Virus record (IMG/VR): IMGVR_UViG_3300017774_004101
Coordinates: 1 to 64,000 of that record
Length of the DNA: 64,000 nt
Strand: one strand, 5' to 3'
Source: a virus
Taxonomy: Duplodnaviria > Caudoviricetes
Position numbers and translations under genes: made by a program
Shown here: piece after piece, positions 27,782 through 37,694 of the stretch
Layout: each line of letters starts with the position of its first letter
Numbering within the stretch: the first letter of the stretch is position 1
The notes under the pieces: generated by a model
What the model saw: the letters and a program-made list of their open reading frames with translations, nothing else
What the model was told of the DNA's origin: nothing
The model's database searches: none

Positions 27782-28981
27782 ATGATTTATAATCCAGAAT
27801 TACATAATTTTAAACAATTTATATCTAATTGGGATATTGAAACTGAATATGTTTTATTTGGTGCAAGTAAAGAATGTGTCCAATTTATTAGAAGTATGGA
27901 TTTTTTATTTGGGAGTGGTGTATTAAAAATAAAATATATTGTTGACCACGATATAAAAAATAGTACGATTATAAATAATTTAAATGAAATAAGTTCTTAT
28001 TATAGAGAAGCCAAATATTATAAAAGTGATAGAAGGAATATAAAATTAATTCATATTGATGAATTTAAAGGCGATGAAAAAGTTATTATTACAACAGATG
28101 AATATAGACAACGATATACAAAGTATTTGGATGAACGTAATGTAACCCACACCACATACAAACACATAGCAGGTATCTGGCCGTTGATGTATAAAAATTT
28201 AGTTCATATATTTCAAACGGATGTATTGGTAACTGAAAGGTGTAATTTAGCGTGTTCACATTGTAATATGTTTATACCACATTATGATAACCCAAATCAT
28301 AGAAATATATCAACTATTATAACTGATATAGATTCATATTTTAAAGTTGTAGATTTTGTAAGTGTATTTCATTTAGTTGGAGGAGAACCATTTCTACATC
28401 CAGATATTGAAAATATAATCCAACATATTTTATTAAACCATATAAATAAATTAGATAAATTTATAATCACTACTAATGGTACGGTTATTCCAAAAGAAAG
28501 CACTCTACAATTATTAAAAGATAGTGATGTTATTTTAAGTATAAGTAATTATTCAGATAAATTACCTAAACTTAAAAATAAAGTTATGCGTACTATTGAG
28601 GAATATAAAAATTATGACATTAAACATTATGTTAGAAATGAAATTGAATGGTATGATTTTGGGGATTTGAGAGTTAAGAAGAATTTAGAAATAGATAAAT
28701 TAATTAAACACTTTGATAGTTGTACCGCACCGTTTAGAGGATTGAACGATGGTAAGTTTTATTATTGTCATCTTAATACCTCAGCAGTAAGAACAAATCT
28801 ATTCCCTTTAAGTGATAATGATTTTGTTACTTTAAATGAAATATCAAATGAAGAGTTAATTAAATTTGATTTAGGTTATACTGAGTTGGGATATATTACA
28901 TTTTGTGATAATTGTAATGGTTGTAATACCGGAATTAAAGTACCTGTAAGTTATGAAAAACAAGGTTTAAGAGAATTATGA
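27782..28981 (+). CDS. radical SAM protein with N-terminal Rossmann-like domain
   Basis: CNLACSHC, LVGGEPFLH, ITTNGT, C-terminal CDNCNGC. Confidence 0.9.
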   Translation: MIYNPELHNFKQFISNWDIETEYVLFGASKECVQFIRSMDFLFGSGVLKIKYIVDHDIKNSTIINNLNEISSYYREAKYYKSDRRNIKLIHIDEFKGDEKVIITTDEYRQRYTKYLDERNVTHTTYKHIAGIWPLMYKNLVHIFQTDVLVTERCNLACSHCNMFIPHYDNPNHRNISTIITDIDSYFKVVDFVSVFHLVGGEPFLHPDIENIIQHILLNHINKLDKFIITTNGTVIPKESTLQLLKDSDVILSISNYSDKLPKLKNKVMRTIEEYKNYDIKHYVRNEIEWYDFGDLRVKKNLEIDKLIKHFDSCTAPFRGLNDGKFYYCHLNTSAVRTNLFPLSDNDFVTLNEISNEELIKFDLGYTELGYITFCDNCNGCNTGIKVPVSYEKQGLREL

Positions 28982-29418
28982 TAGTAATAATTGATATAGA
29001 TAATACTTTGTCTTTAAGTAATAAACGATTTGAATTAGCAAAGAAAGAAAATGGAAAATTAGATTGGGATATTGTCCATTCATCTAAAAATATAATAATG
29101 GATGAGCCTAATTTACCAATGATTGAATTGGCAAAGAATTATAAAGAAAATGGGACTGAAGTTATTATATTAACAGGTCGACCTGAATCCACTAGAAAGG
29201 TTACTAAAGAGTGGTTAGAAAAATACGATATCCCATATGATAAATTATATATGAGAAGTTGGGAAAATAATTTTTTAAAAGCACCCGTTTTTAAAAGAAA
29301 AATATATGAAACTGAAATTAAGGAAAACATTTTTTGTGCATATGATGATGATGAACGAATAATAGATATGTGGGTTGAATTAGGTATACCATCATTTAAA
29401 GTAATAGGAATACAATGA
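28978..29418 (+). CDS. HAD phosphatase (PNKP 3'-phosphatase-like)
   Basis: IDIDNTL, LTGRPE, LYMR, YDDD. Confidence 0.85.
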   Translation: MIVIIDIDNTLSLSNKRFELAKKENGKLDWDIVHSSKNIIMDEPNLPMIELAKNYKENGTEVIILTGRPESTRKVTKEWLEKYDIPYDKLYMRSWENNFLKAPVFKRKIYETEIKENIFCAYDDDERIIDMWVELGIPSFKVIGIQ

Positions 29419-30410
29419 TAAGTCATCAAACTAAATTATTATTAGATAGAGGAGATTGGATAAGTATAACCTCATTAGAAGATTTAGGATACATTTACTA
29501 CGGCCCATTACTATTCAATTATTTTGATTGGTTAAAAACCGAAATAGGTGATTCTGACAAAATCCTTTTTAATTCAAGAGAAGGGTTCTTTTTACAAGAA
29601 ATATACGAATTATTTAGGGAGAAATATAATTTACCACCATCAGTATATTTTAAAACATCTCGTACATTATCAACAATAGTTTCAATTTTTAATACTACTG
29701 ATATATTTAGAACATTTGATTTACATAGATATAATGGAAAACTATCTAATTTATTAAAACGTAGATTTGGCATAAGACCAATTATTGAAAACGATGTAAT
29801 AGTAGATAGTAATGAGACATTACCAAATTTAGATTTGTATTTAAAGGAAATAATACAAAAATCTAAAATAACACGAGATGCGTATAAAAAATATATAACA
29901 GAAGTTATTGGAGATTCTAAAAATGTATTGATGGTTGATACTGGTTATCAAGGAACAACACAATACAATATAGAAAAAGCATACGGATTAAAATTTAAAG
30001 GTAGATATATTACTTATAAAGGAAACCCCGTATTAGACGATGTTAAGGGATTTTATGATTTTGAAACCCATAAATTAAAAGATAATATAATATTTTTAGA
30101 ATCAGTATTAACCGATAAAGTTGGCACCTATATTGATATTATTAATGGTGAGTTTATAAATGAAGACCCAAGTGAGAATCAAATTTATTTTGATAAAAAA
30201 ATTGAAATAGTAAACGGAATTAAAAAATTTGTGTTAGATATGTTTGATTCTAACGATATATCAAATGAGTATATTTCTAAAACATTACCAGATTATATGT
30301 TTGATTTAATGTGTAAAGATGGATATATAAAAAATGATTCACTATTTGATAGTTTTTTTCATGATAACAATTATACAAGAGATATTACAAAAAAAATAAA
30401 TAGAAACTAA
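29415..30410 (+). CDS. HAD-associated protein resembling the C-terminal part of capsule-locus HAD hydrolases
   Basis: LGY..YGPLL, FNSREG, MVDTGYQGTTQ. Confidence 0.55.
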   Translation: MISHQTKLLLDRGDWISITSLEDLGYIYYGPLLFNYFDWLKTEIGDSDKILFNSREGFFLQEIYELFREKYNLPPSVYFKTSRTLSTIVSIFNTTDIFRTFDLHRYNGKLSNLLKRRFGIRPIIENDVIVDSNETLPNLDLYLKEIIQKSKITRDAYKKYITEVIGDSKNVLMVDTGYQGTTQYNIEKAYGLKFKGRYITYKGNPVLDDVKGFYDFETHKLKDNIIFLESVLTDKVGTYIDIINGEFINEDPSENQIYFDKKIEIVNGIKKFVLDMFDSNDISNEYISKTLPDYMFDLMCKDGYIKNDSLFDSFFHDNNYTRDITKKINRN

Positions 30411-30420
30411 AAACAATACA

Positions 30421-30711
30421 ATGGCAAAATTAATGTTTAAATATACCGATGATGAGTATATAGAACACGCAAGAGAAGCATCTGAAATAGAATTTACAAT
30501 ACCAGATGAATTAAACATTTTTGAATTTAAAACTATATGTGCAAGATTGGCTTCTGCATTAGGTTATCATGAAGAATCAATTAAAAAAGCATTTGGTAAT
30601 TTAGATGAAAATAATAATTTTACTATAAAAGATTTAATAAATGAAATTAACCAAAAAGGAGCAGAAGAAATTGATTCTTCAACAGATAGAACAACACACT
30701 TTAAACCATAG
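30421..30711 (+). CDS. hypothetical protein
   Basis: 96-aa ORF. Confidence 0.7.
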   Translation: MAKLMFKYTDDEYIEHAREASEIEFTIPDELNIFEFKTICARLASALGYHEESIKKAFGNLDENNNFTIKDLINEINQKGAEEIDSSTDRTTHFKP

Positions 30712-30895
30712 TATTGTAATAGATACCCTTGTAAATATCTTAATAGATAAAGGTATAATTTTAGAAAAAGAATGGTATGAAAAAGTTGAATTAAAAGTAA
30801 AACAATTAGAAAACAATATAAAAAAAGCAAACACTCAAACATCCGATGATGATTCCAAATTAGGAATATATTACGGACCGGTGGGTGAAGCGTAA
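30641..30895 (+). CDS. hypothetical protein
   Basis: 84-aa ORF overlapping previous gene. Confidence 0.6.
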   Translation: MKLTKKEQKKLILQQIEQHTLNHSIVIDTLVNILIDKGIILEKEWYEKVELKVKQLENNIKKANTQTSDDDSKLGIYYGPVGEA

Positions 30896-30904
30896 AAACA
30901 ACCT

Positions 30905-31168
30905 ATGACATTCATTTACATCATTTTACTAATTTCAGTAGTGTTAAATATAACATTTACTATTGGTATAATCAATTTACTCAAACAAAACGAAGAATTA
31001 GAAGACACTCTTGTAGAAACTACATTAGAGGTTAAACTTAAAGTATCTAACGCATTAGAGAATTTAAGGAACGTAGATTCTCGTGGTTCATTCGAATCCG
31101 ATGATGAAGTTGGTGCTACATTTACCGAATTAAAAACAATTGTTGAAAACTTAAACGAAATATTATAA
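30905..31168 (+). CDS. membrane-anchored hypothetical protein
   Basis: N-terminal TM; GSFESDDEVG. Confidence 0.7.
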   Translation: MTFIYIILLISVVLNITFTIGIINLLKQNEELEDTLVETTLEVKLKVSNALENLRNVDSRGSFESDDEVGATFTELKTIVENLNEIL

Positions 31169-31176
31169 TTACCAAA

Positions 31177-31938
31177 ATGGCAAAACAAAGAAAACCAAAA
31201 TCAAAAATATATTTCGGTACACCTGCGCAAGATGCAATTGTAGAATATAATAAGTTGAAAGACCCCGTAAAACGCAGTAAACTTTACGAAGAAAAAATCA
31301 AAGCACCTTTTGAGAAATTAGCAGAAAACGTAATTAACACTTTTAAATTTTCATATTTTGATGTCCCTAAAAAAGATATTCAAACGGAAGTTGTATCTAC
31401 ATTAGTAGAGAAAATGCATATGTTTCAAGAAGGTAAAGGAAGAGCCTTTTCCTATTTTACTATTATTGCAAAGAATCATTTAATCTTAAAGAATAATGGT
31501 AACTACAAACGTTGGAAACAAAATGCATTGATATCCGATATGCCAGAAAGTTGGAATCCGGAGAATGATTTTTATGAAGTGGAAGAAGGAAGTGAGTTTA
31601 GAGAATTTAAAGACCTAATGTTATTGTATTGGGATAAACATCTTACTACTATTTTTAATAAAAAAAGAGATATACAAATTGCAGATGCAGTCTTAGAATT
31701 ATTCCGTAGAAGTGAGTTTATAGAAAATTTTAATAAAAAACATCTATATCTACTTATAAGAGAAATGACAGATTGTAAGACACACTACATTACAAAAGTT
31801 GTAAATATAATGAAACAACATCAGAAAAAAATGTTGAATGATTATTTAGAAACAGGTGACTTTATTGTTAAGAATGAACCATTTTGGGTTGATATTTCAA
31901 AAATTGATTTAACTGAAGATGATATAGATGATGAATAA
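31177..31938 (+). CDS. putative phage late sigma factor (T4 gp55-like)
   Basis: Sigma region-2-like KLAENVIN..FSY...DIQTE...F...KGRAFSYFTIIAKN; acidic C-terminal tail. Confidence 0.6.
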   Translation: MAKQRKPKSKIYFGTPAQDAIVEYNKLKDPVKRSKLYEEKIKAPFEKLAENVINTFKFSYFDVPKKDIQTEVVSTLVEKMHMFQEGKGRAFSYFTIIAKNHLILKNNGNYKRWKQNALISDMPESWNPENDFYEVEEGSEFREFKDLMLLYWDKHLTTIFNKKRDIQIADAVLELFRRSEFIENFNKKHLYLLIREMTDCKTHYITKVVNIMKQHQKKMLNDYLETGDFIVKNEPFWVDISKIDLTEDDIDDE

Positions 31939-33643
31939 AAAATATATTTTAGGTATAGCATGTGGATATCACGATTCCTCAGCCGCATTAATATTAGATG
32001 GGTTGGTTATCGGTGCAATGGAAGAGGAACGTTTTACAGTAATAAAACACGATTCAGCATTTCCAACTAATGCTATCAATTGGTTGTATAAGGATAATAA
32101 AATAACAGGTGATGATATATCAGTTGTTACCTTTTACGAAAACCCTAAATTAAAATTAGAACGAATTGAAGAATCTACTAAAAGAGGTGGATTAGTTAAT
32201 TTCTTTAAACGAAAATCTATTATTGATTCAAATAAAGAACAGGCTAAAGAAATTGAATCTAAAATATATGAGATTACAAATCCAAATATAATCTTAGCAT
32301 ATGGTGACCATCACCTATCCCATATAGCATATTCCTATTACACCTCTCCATTTGAAAGGGCAACTATATTATCAGTAGATGGGGTAGGCGAATGGGAAAG
32401 TACTGTTTTAGCATTTGCAGAAGGAAATCATATTACAAAATTACAAAATATTAAATTTCCACATTCATTAGGAATGTTATATTCTGCAATGACAGCGTTC
32501 TTAGGATTTAAACCAAATGAAGGCGAGTATAAGGTAATGGGTTTAGCACCATATGGTAATTCCCAAACGTATTTAGATAAATTTCAGCAATTATATAAAT
32601 TGATGGAAGATGGTGGGTTTGAAATCAATATGAATTATTTTACATATGATTATTCAACCAATTCAATGTTTAATGAAAAATTAGGGGAGTTGTTTGAACT
32701 CCCAAATCGATTGCCAGAGGATGAATTAACACAAGAACATAAAGATTTAGCAGCAACAATCCAACATCAATATGAATTTTTATTTTTTAGATTATTAAAT
32801 AAAATGTTTGCTGTTAGGGCAACGAATAATTTATGTCTAAGTGGTGGTTGTGCATATAACGGAACTGCAAATGGGAAGATTCTAAAAAATACTGGTTATA
32901 AACAATTATGGATTCCACCTGCTCCATCTGATGCGGGTTCTTCTATTGGGTCTGCATTAAATTATTACTATACACATAACGAATCCGCTGTTAGAGTAAT
33001 AAATACAAATCCGTATTTAGGTACATTTAATACTAATGATGAAATCGAAACCGAATTAAAAAACTATGAAAATGAAGTATGGTATGAATATAAAAATCAT
33101 TCAGAAATTATTACAACCATTTCTAGAGAAATTACAAATGGTAATGTTATCGGTTGGTACGAAGGTAGAATGGAATTTGGTTCAAGAGCCCTTGGCAATC
33201 GGTCTATATTTGCTAATCCGCGAGACCCTCAAATGAAAGCAAGAGTAAATAAGGTAATTAAAAAAAGAGAAGGATTTAGACCATTCGCTCCGATTGTAAA
33301 AGAGGAAGATAGATTAAAATACTTTGATTACAAACCATTAGTACCCTATATGAATCAAGTGGTACAAGTAAAAGAAGAACACAAAAAAAATCTACCGGCA
33401 ATTACACACATAGATGGTTCAGCAAGAATACAAACTTTAAATTTTAAACAACATCGTATAGTATATTCCTTGCTTAGACAATTAGAGGAGGATAACGGAT
33501 ATCCAATTGTTTTGAATACATCATTCAACGTTAAAGATAAGACCATTGTAAACACTCCGAAAGATGCAATAGATACATTTTTAGATTGCGATATGGATAC
33601 ATTAGTGCTTAACAATTACATCGTTAAGAAAAAAATAAAATAG
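31928..33643 (+). CDS. carbamoyltransferase (NodU/CmcH/TobZ family)
   Basis: HDSSAA, EEERF, HHLSH, VDGVGE, EYKVMGLAPYG, GGCAYN, EFGSRALGNRS, KREGFRPFAP, LNTSFN. Confidence 0.95.
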   Translation: MMNKKYILGIACGYHDSSAALILDGLVIGAMEEERFTVIKHDSAFPTNAINWLYKDNKITGDDISVVTFYENPKLKLERIEESTKRGGLVNFFKRKSIIDSNKEQAKEIESKIYEITNPNIILAYGDHHLSHIAYSYYTSPFERATILSVDGVGEWESTVLAFAEGNHITKLQNIKFPHSLGMLYSAMTAFLGFKPNEGEYKVMGLAPYGNSQTYLDKFQQLYKLMEDGGFEINMNYFTYDYSTNSMFNEKLGELFELPNRLPEDELTQEHKDLAATIQHQYEFLFFRLLNKMFAVRATNNLCLSGGCAYNGTANGKILKNTGYKQLWIPPAPSDAGSSIGSALNYYYTHNESAVRVINTNPYLGTFNTNDEIETELKNYENEVWYEYKNHSEIITTISREITNGNVIGWYEGRMEFGSRALGNRSIFANPRDPQMKARVNKVIKKREGFRPFAPIVKEEDRLKYFDYKPLVPYMNQVVQVKEEHKKNLPAITHIDGSARIQTLNFKQHRIVYSLLRQLEEDNGYPIVLNTSFNVKDKTIVNTPKDAIDTFLDCDMDTLVLNNYIVKKKIK

Positions 33644-33658
33644 AATACAATTAATAAG

Positions 33659-33681
33659 AAAGGAGTTTATCTCCTTTTTTT
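33659..33681 (+). terminator. intrinsic terminator
   Basis: AAAGGAG-TTTAT-CTCCTTT + T run. Confidence 0.75.
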
Positions 33682-33691
33682 ATTTATAACT

Positions 33692-33700
33692 ATATTTATT
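33692..33700 (+). promoter_or_regulatory. candidate phage late promoter ATATTTATT
   Basis: Follows terminator, upstream of ATG 33737. Confidence 0.5.
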
Positions 33701-33736
33701 GTAGAGATTTGTAACCAACTCATACGAACACCTAAA

Positions 33737-34564
33737 ATGAATATCATACAAGAATGTATTATAGTTTCTAAAGAAATAGATGATAAATTTATTTTAGCAA
33801 AGAATCGTGATAGAGGATATCATCCTAAATTAGAAGTAATCCACGAATTAATCGATGGAGTTGAAGTTGCGTATTTACACGATGAGGTAACTGATTGGAG
33901 TGAGGGTATGAATGAGTATGGTTTGGGAGTAGTTAATTCAGCACTTTTAGTTGGATACGATGAGGCGGAAGGAAAGTTGATTCAAAACATGAGAGGATAT
34001 GGAGCAGATGGTGCGAAGATGAGAAGTATATTCTCAAAGAAAACTCTTAAAGAAGCAATCAAAGCAACAATAGTTTGGAAGGGAAATAAAAATAAAGGAT
34101 TATCTGGCCATACATTTATTTCTACCCCTAAACAAATGGTAAGTGTTGAAAATATACCAAATCTTAAACCTCAATTAGAATTACAAAATACGGAGAGTCC
34201 CGTTGTCCGAACAAATCACGGCCACGTTTATGTTGGTACGGGTTATTCTGATGGTAAAAAGTATCTAAGTTCTAAAATGAGAAAATTAAGTGCTGAAAAG
34301 ATAATTGATAAAATTACTGATTGGAAACAAGTAGGTATTGCATTAAGAAAACAATTCTTTAAAAAAGATAGTGTATTAAATATGAGAAAGGATACTCCTA
34401 AAATGTGGACATCATCTCAAACTATAATGAACTTAACCGAAACCATATTAGAGGTAAACTATTACGACCATAAAGTTAAATCATTTAAAGGAATTATCAA
34501 TAAACTACCTAAAGGATATACCCCTAAAATCCAAATTATTATAAACAAACTAGAAAAGGAATAA
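33737..34564 (+). CDS. Ntn-hydrolase-like protein (Cys nucleophile; NRD/C45-like)
   Basis: C-IIV...ILAKNRDR, WSEGMNEYGLGVVNSAL, VRTNHG. Confidence 0.7.
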   Translation: MNIIQECIIVSKEIDDKFILAKNRDRGYHPKLEVIHELIDGVEVAYLHDEVTDWSEGMNEYGLGVVNSALLVGYDEAEGKLIQNMRGYGADGAKMRSIFSKKTLKEAIKATIVWKGNKNKGLSGHTFISTPKQMVSVENIPNLKPQLELQNTESPVVRTNHGHVYVGTGYSDGKKYLSSKMRKLSAEKIIDKITDWKQVGIALRKQFFKKDSVLNMRKDTPKMWTSSQTIMNLTETILEVNYYDHKVKSFKGIINKLPKGYTPKIQIIINKLEKE

Positions 34565-34568
34565 TGCA

Positions 34569-34673
34569 ATGGCAGCCACAAAAAAAGAAGTAAAAGATAA
34601 GAACCGAAAAAAACTTGCTAAAAAGACAGTATCAGAACAGCAGAAAAAAGGAAATTATAAAAAGAAATCTTAA
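34569..34673 (+). CDS. very basic 34-aa peptide
   Basis: Own translation MAATKKEVKDKNRKKLAKKTVSEQQKKGNYKKKS*. Confidence 0.55.
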   Translation: MAATKKEVKDKNRKKLAKKTVSEQQKKGNYKKKS

Positions 34674-34678
34674 TTGAG

Positions 34679-34706
34679 AAAAACCCCACTAAAATGGGGT
34701 TTTTTT
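34679..34706 (+). terminator. intrinsic terminator
   Basis: AAAAACCCCA-CTAAAA-TGGGGTTTTTTT. Confidence 0.8.
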
Positions 34707-34713
34707 ATTCCTT

Positions 34714-34722
34714 ATATTTATA
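34714..34722 (+). promoter_or_regulatory. candidate phage late promoter ATATTTATA
   Basis: After terminator, 22 nt before ATG 34745, heads the baseplate operon. Confidence 0.6.
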
Positions 34723-34744
34723 TAATGAACTTAATTATAAAAAT

Positions 34745-35155
34745 ATGAGTATACATTTTGAGTTATTTCCGGGCAAGGATTTAAGTGGATTGTTTAAAGA
34801 CATCTATGATAACCAACAAAACAAAAGAAAAAGAATTTCTGAATTAATAGCAGAAATGAAAAATATTATTCGTCACGCAGGTGATATGGCAGTTATCGGC
34901 CCAATCATAAAAGACCTAGTCGATGTATCGGTTAGGAACGATGATTCTCTAATAAAATTAGCAGCAATTGCACAAAGAATAATTAGTGCGAATTCAAAAT
35001 CCGAAGGAGATGTTGGGTTCTTATCTGATGCAGAAAAAGAACAATTATTAAAAGAAATTGAAATAACTGTCTTAGAGGTAAAAGATGAACAAGATGCTAA
35101 GGTTGATGAGTTAACAAACGAAGTAGAAGAGATAAAACAAAAAATTAAAAAGTAA
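34745..35155 (+). CDS. helical hypothetical protein in structural module
   Basis: Start moved to MSIHFELF at 34745 because the ORF-track start lies in the terminator. Confidence 0.75.
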   Translation: MSIHFELFPGKDLSGLFKDIYDNQQNKRKRISELIAEMKNIIRHAGDMAVIGPIIKDLVDVSVRNDDSLIKLAAIAQRIISANSKSEGDVGFLSDAEKEQLLKEIEITVLEVKDEQDAKVDELTNEVEEIKQKIKK

Positions 35156-36423
35156 TGGCTACTAGTAGATTAGGTATATCAAATAGTGGGTTCAACCCCA
35201 ATTCAACATCTACAGCAGGAAGTGCGAGTAACACAGTAGGTATTGTAGTAGATATTATATTAGATGACACAAGTGAGTTATTACTTAAATATGATTTTAG
35301 CGAAGTAGAACAAAAAAATACATCTACTATTGGATATGCCGCAATAAGACCAGTAAAAGATGCTACATCTGCTACTAAACAAAACAAAGCATATCCACCA
35401 TTTAATCCAGAAGAAGGTATTCCATTAGTAGGTGAGACAGTTCAACTTATAGATGTAGCAGGTAAATTGCATTATAAAAGAACGGTCACTGGAAATATTA
35501 ATATAGGTAATGCTAGAAAAGATGTAGATATTAAAACATATCCACATACTCAACCAGCTGGAAGTGATACTAATGAACTTAGTACTGTCAGTGCTACCGG
35601 TACACCAAGTGGAGGGAGTGGTACTGATGATAGAAAAACCGAAATAGGTAAATACTTTAAAGAACAACAAGTTAATCCCCTAAAATTATATGAAGGTGAT
35701 AAAGTAATACAATCACGATTTGGTCAATCAATTCGTTTTAGTGGATACAATAATGGTGATGGTGAAGATAGAAAATTTGCACCAACTATCATTTTAAGAA
35801 ATAGACAAAATAGTGAATCACTTAATAAACTAAAAAAAGGGTCTTTAACGGAAGAAGATGTAAATAAAGATGGTACAATTATTGCAATTACATCAGGTGA
35901 TTACAAATTAAATTTCCAACCAGGTATTATTGATGATGGTGGTTCTTCAAATTTTGAAACCAAACCAACTCATTTTGAAGCGTATCCATCGGAACTAAAA
36001 GGTAGTGACCAGTTATTAGTAAATTCGGAAAGAATTATAATATCTGCTAAATCTAAAGAAATGATTTTCTATTCAAAAGGAAATTATGGATTTATATCAG
36101 ATGGTAAAATGTCAATTGATAATGGTAAAGCTGGTGCAGATTTAGATTTTAATGGTGATGTTAGAATTACAACAAATGATAACAATACTTACATCTTAGG
36201 TGGTAAAGGACAAATATATCTTAATACCGAAAGTGATGCCGAACCATTAGTGAGAGGTGAAACCTTGCAAGGATTGTTAGGAGAACTTATTGATGCTATT
36301 AATGCACAGATATTTAAAACCCCTTCTGGTCCAACTGCAACTGGTCCTGAAAATAGAGGTACATTTAACGATATTAAAGGTAGATTAGAAAAATTCAAAT
36401 CAACTTTAAATTTTACTGAATAA
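35155..36423 (+). CDS. baseplate hub/central spike protein (T4 gp5/VgrG-like, no lysozyme domain)
   Basis: OB-like PLVGETV, EGDKVIQSRFGQSIRFS, beta-rich C-terminus, EPLVRGE..TPSGPT; baseplate context. Confidence 0.65.
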   Translation: MATSRLGISNSGFNPNSTSTAGSASNTVGIVVDIILDDTSELLLKYDFSEVEQKNTSTIGYAAIRPVKDATSATKQNKAYPPFNPEEGIPLVGETVQLIDVAGKLHYKRTVTGNINIGNARKDVDIKTYPHTQPAGSDTNELSTVSATGTPSGGSGTDDRKTEIGKYFKEQQVNPLKLYEGDKVIQSRFGQSIRFSGYNNGDGEDRKFAPTIILRNRQNSESLNKLKKGSLTEEDVNKDGTIIAITSGDYKLNFQPGIIDDGGSSNFETKPTHFEAYPSELKGSDQLLVNSERIIISAKSKEMIFYSKGNYGFISDGKMSIDNGKAGADLDFNGDVRITTNDNNTYILGGKGQIYLNTESDAEPLVRGETLQGLLGELIDAINAQIFKTPSGPTATGPENRGTFNDIKGRLEKFKSTLNFTE

Positions 36424-36424
36424 G

Positions 36425-37672
36425 ATGTCATTAGAAATATTCAAACAAAATATGTTGAGTTATATGCAAAACCAAGCAGGAATTAGTTCCTATGGTGCTT
36501 TTGCAAAAAAACTTACATTAGAATATGATATGGCAGTTAAAAGAGGATTTGATTCCGTTAATAATATTACAGTTGCAAAGGGTAATACTGAATTAATGGA
36601 GAGTACCTTAAATGGTATTCTTGCGACAGCATTCCAACAACCATCAGGTGAACATCCTATTATTACTAATATGGGGCCTGCGTTTCTAGCTTATTGGACA
36701 GGTGCAACGATGAGTCAAGTCCCACCTCCAATTATACCATCTCCTGGTGCAATTATAAATATTGTGACAGTTAGTAGTATGATTACAAATCCCGGAACTT
36801 GGCAACCAACTGATATACAAAGTTTAGAACCAATATTAATAAAACCAACGGATGCTGCTTCTGATGCACCTGTTGGAAAAGTATTTGAAGACCCATATGA
36901 ATTATCAGATGAAGATATTGAGGTGAAAAAAGAAGAAATTAAAAGGGCATCTAACACAATTAATAATTCCGGTGCAACGGAAGAACAACGTGATGGTGCT
37001 AGAGAATATATTGATAAAACACAAAAAGAAATTGATACAAGACAAGCAAATTCAATAGAATCGAATGAACCTATAAATTCAACTCCGGTTAAAATTGATG
37101 GTAATGTTGATACTTCATGTCCTATTGGATTAAAGGTAGTTGAATTTGCTAAAAAGGATGTTGGTATATTAGAAACCGGTACAAAAGCAAATAAAGGTGC
37201 AGGACTAAACTATGGTGGAAATCAAGCGGGTGGAGAAACCCCACCGGGTAAACCTGGTCGTATTGATATAATGGTTCAATTAACGGGATTAGATAATCAG
37301 GGACAGGTCCGAGCAACAGGTGAGGGATATTACTGGTGTGCAGCTGCAGTAACTGCTTGGTGGAAATCTGCGGGGTTAAAAACACCTCCTGGTTCTGCAT
37401 CTTGTAGGAATTGGGCTACATGGGGTAAAAAAAATGGTACATATAGTAAATCACCTAAGATTGGTGCTGCAGCGTTGTATGGACCTGAAGGTAAGGAACA
37501 TCACATTGGAGTTGTAGCAGCAATATCAAAAGATGGTAAAATAACTACAATAGAAGGAAATACCGGCGGTGGTGGATTCAATAGAAATGGATGTGGATGT
37601 TTTGTAAAAACTCCAAAAGTATCAACTATTTCTGGTTTTGTAATTCCACCAACTTGTGTGGATAAAAAATAA
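36425..37672 (+). CDS. virion-associated protein with C-terminal CHAP amidase/peptidase
   Basis: YYWCAAAVTAW, HHIGVV, TIEGNT. Confidence 0.85.
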   Translation: MSLEIFKQNMLSYMQNQAGISSYGAFAKKLTLEYDMAVKRGFDSVNNITVAKGNTELMESTLNGILATAFQQPSGEHPIITNMGPAFLAYWTGATMSQVPPPIIPSPGAIINIVTVSSMITNPGTWQPTDIQSLEPILIKPTDAASDAPVGKVFEDPYELSDEDIEVKKEEIKRASNTINNSGATEEQRDGAREYIDKTQKEIDTRQANSIESNEPINSTPVKIDGNVDTSCPIGLKVVEFAKKDVGILETGTKANKGAGLNYGGNQAGGETPPGKPGRIDIMVQLTGLDNQGQVRATGEGYYWCAAAVTAWWKSAGLKTPPGSASCRNWATWGKKNGTYSKSPKIGAAALYGPEGKEHHIGVVAAISKDGKITTIEGNTGGGGFNRNGCGCFVKTPKVSTISGFVIPPTCVDKK

Positions 37673-37694
37673 AATTATAATATAGTTAAACGAA

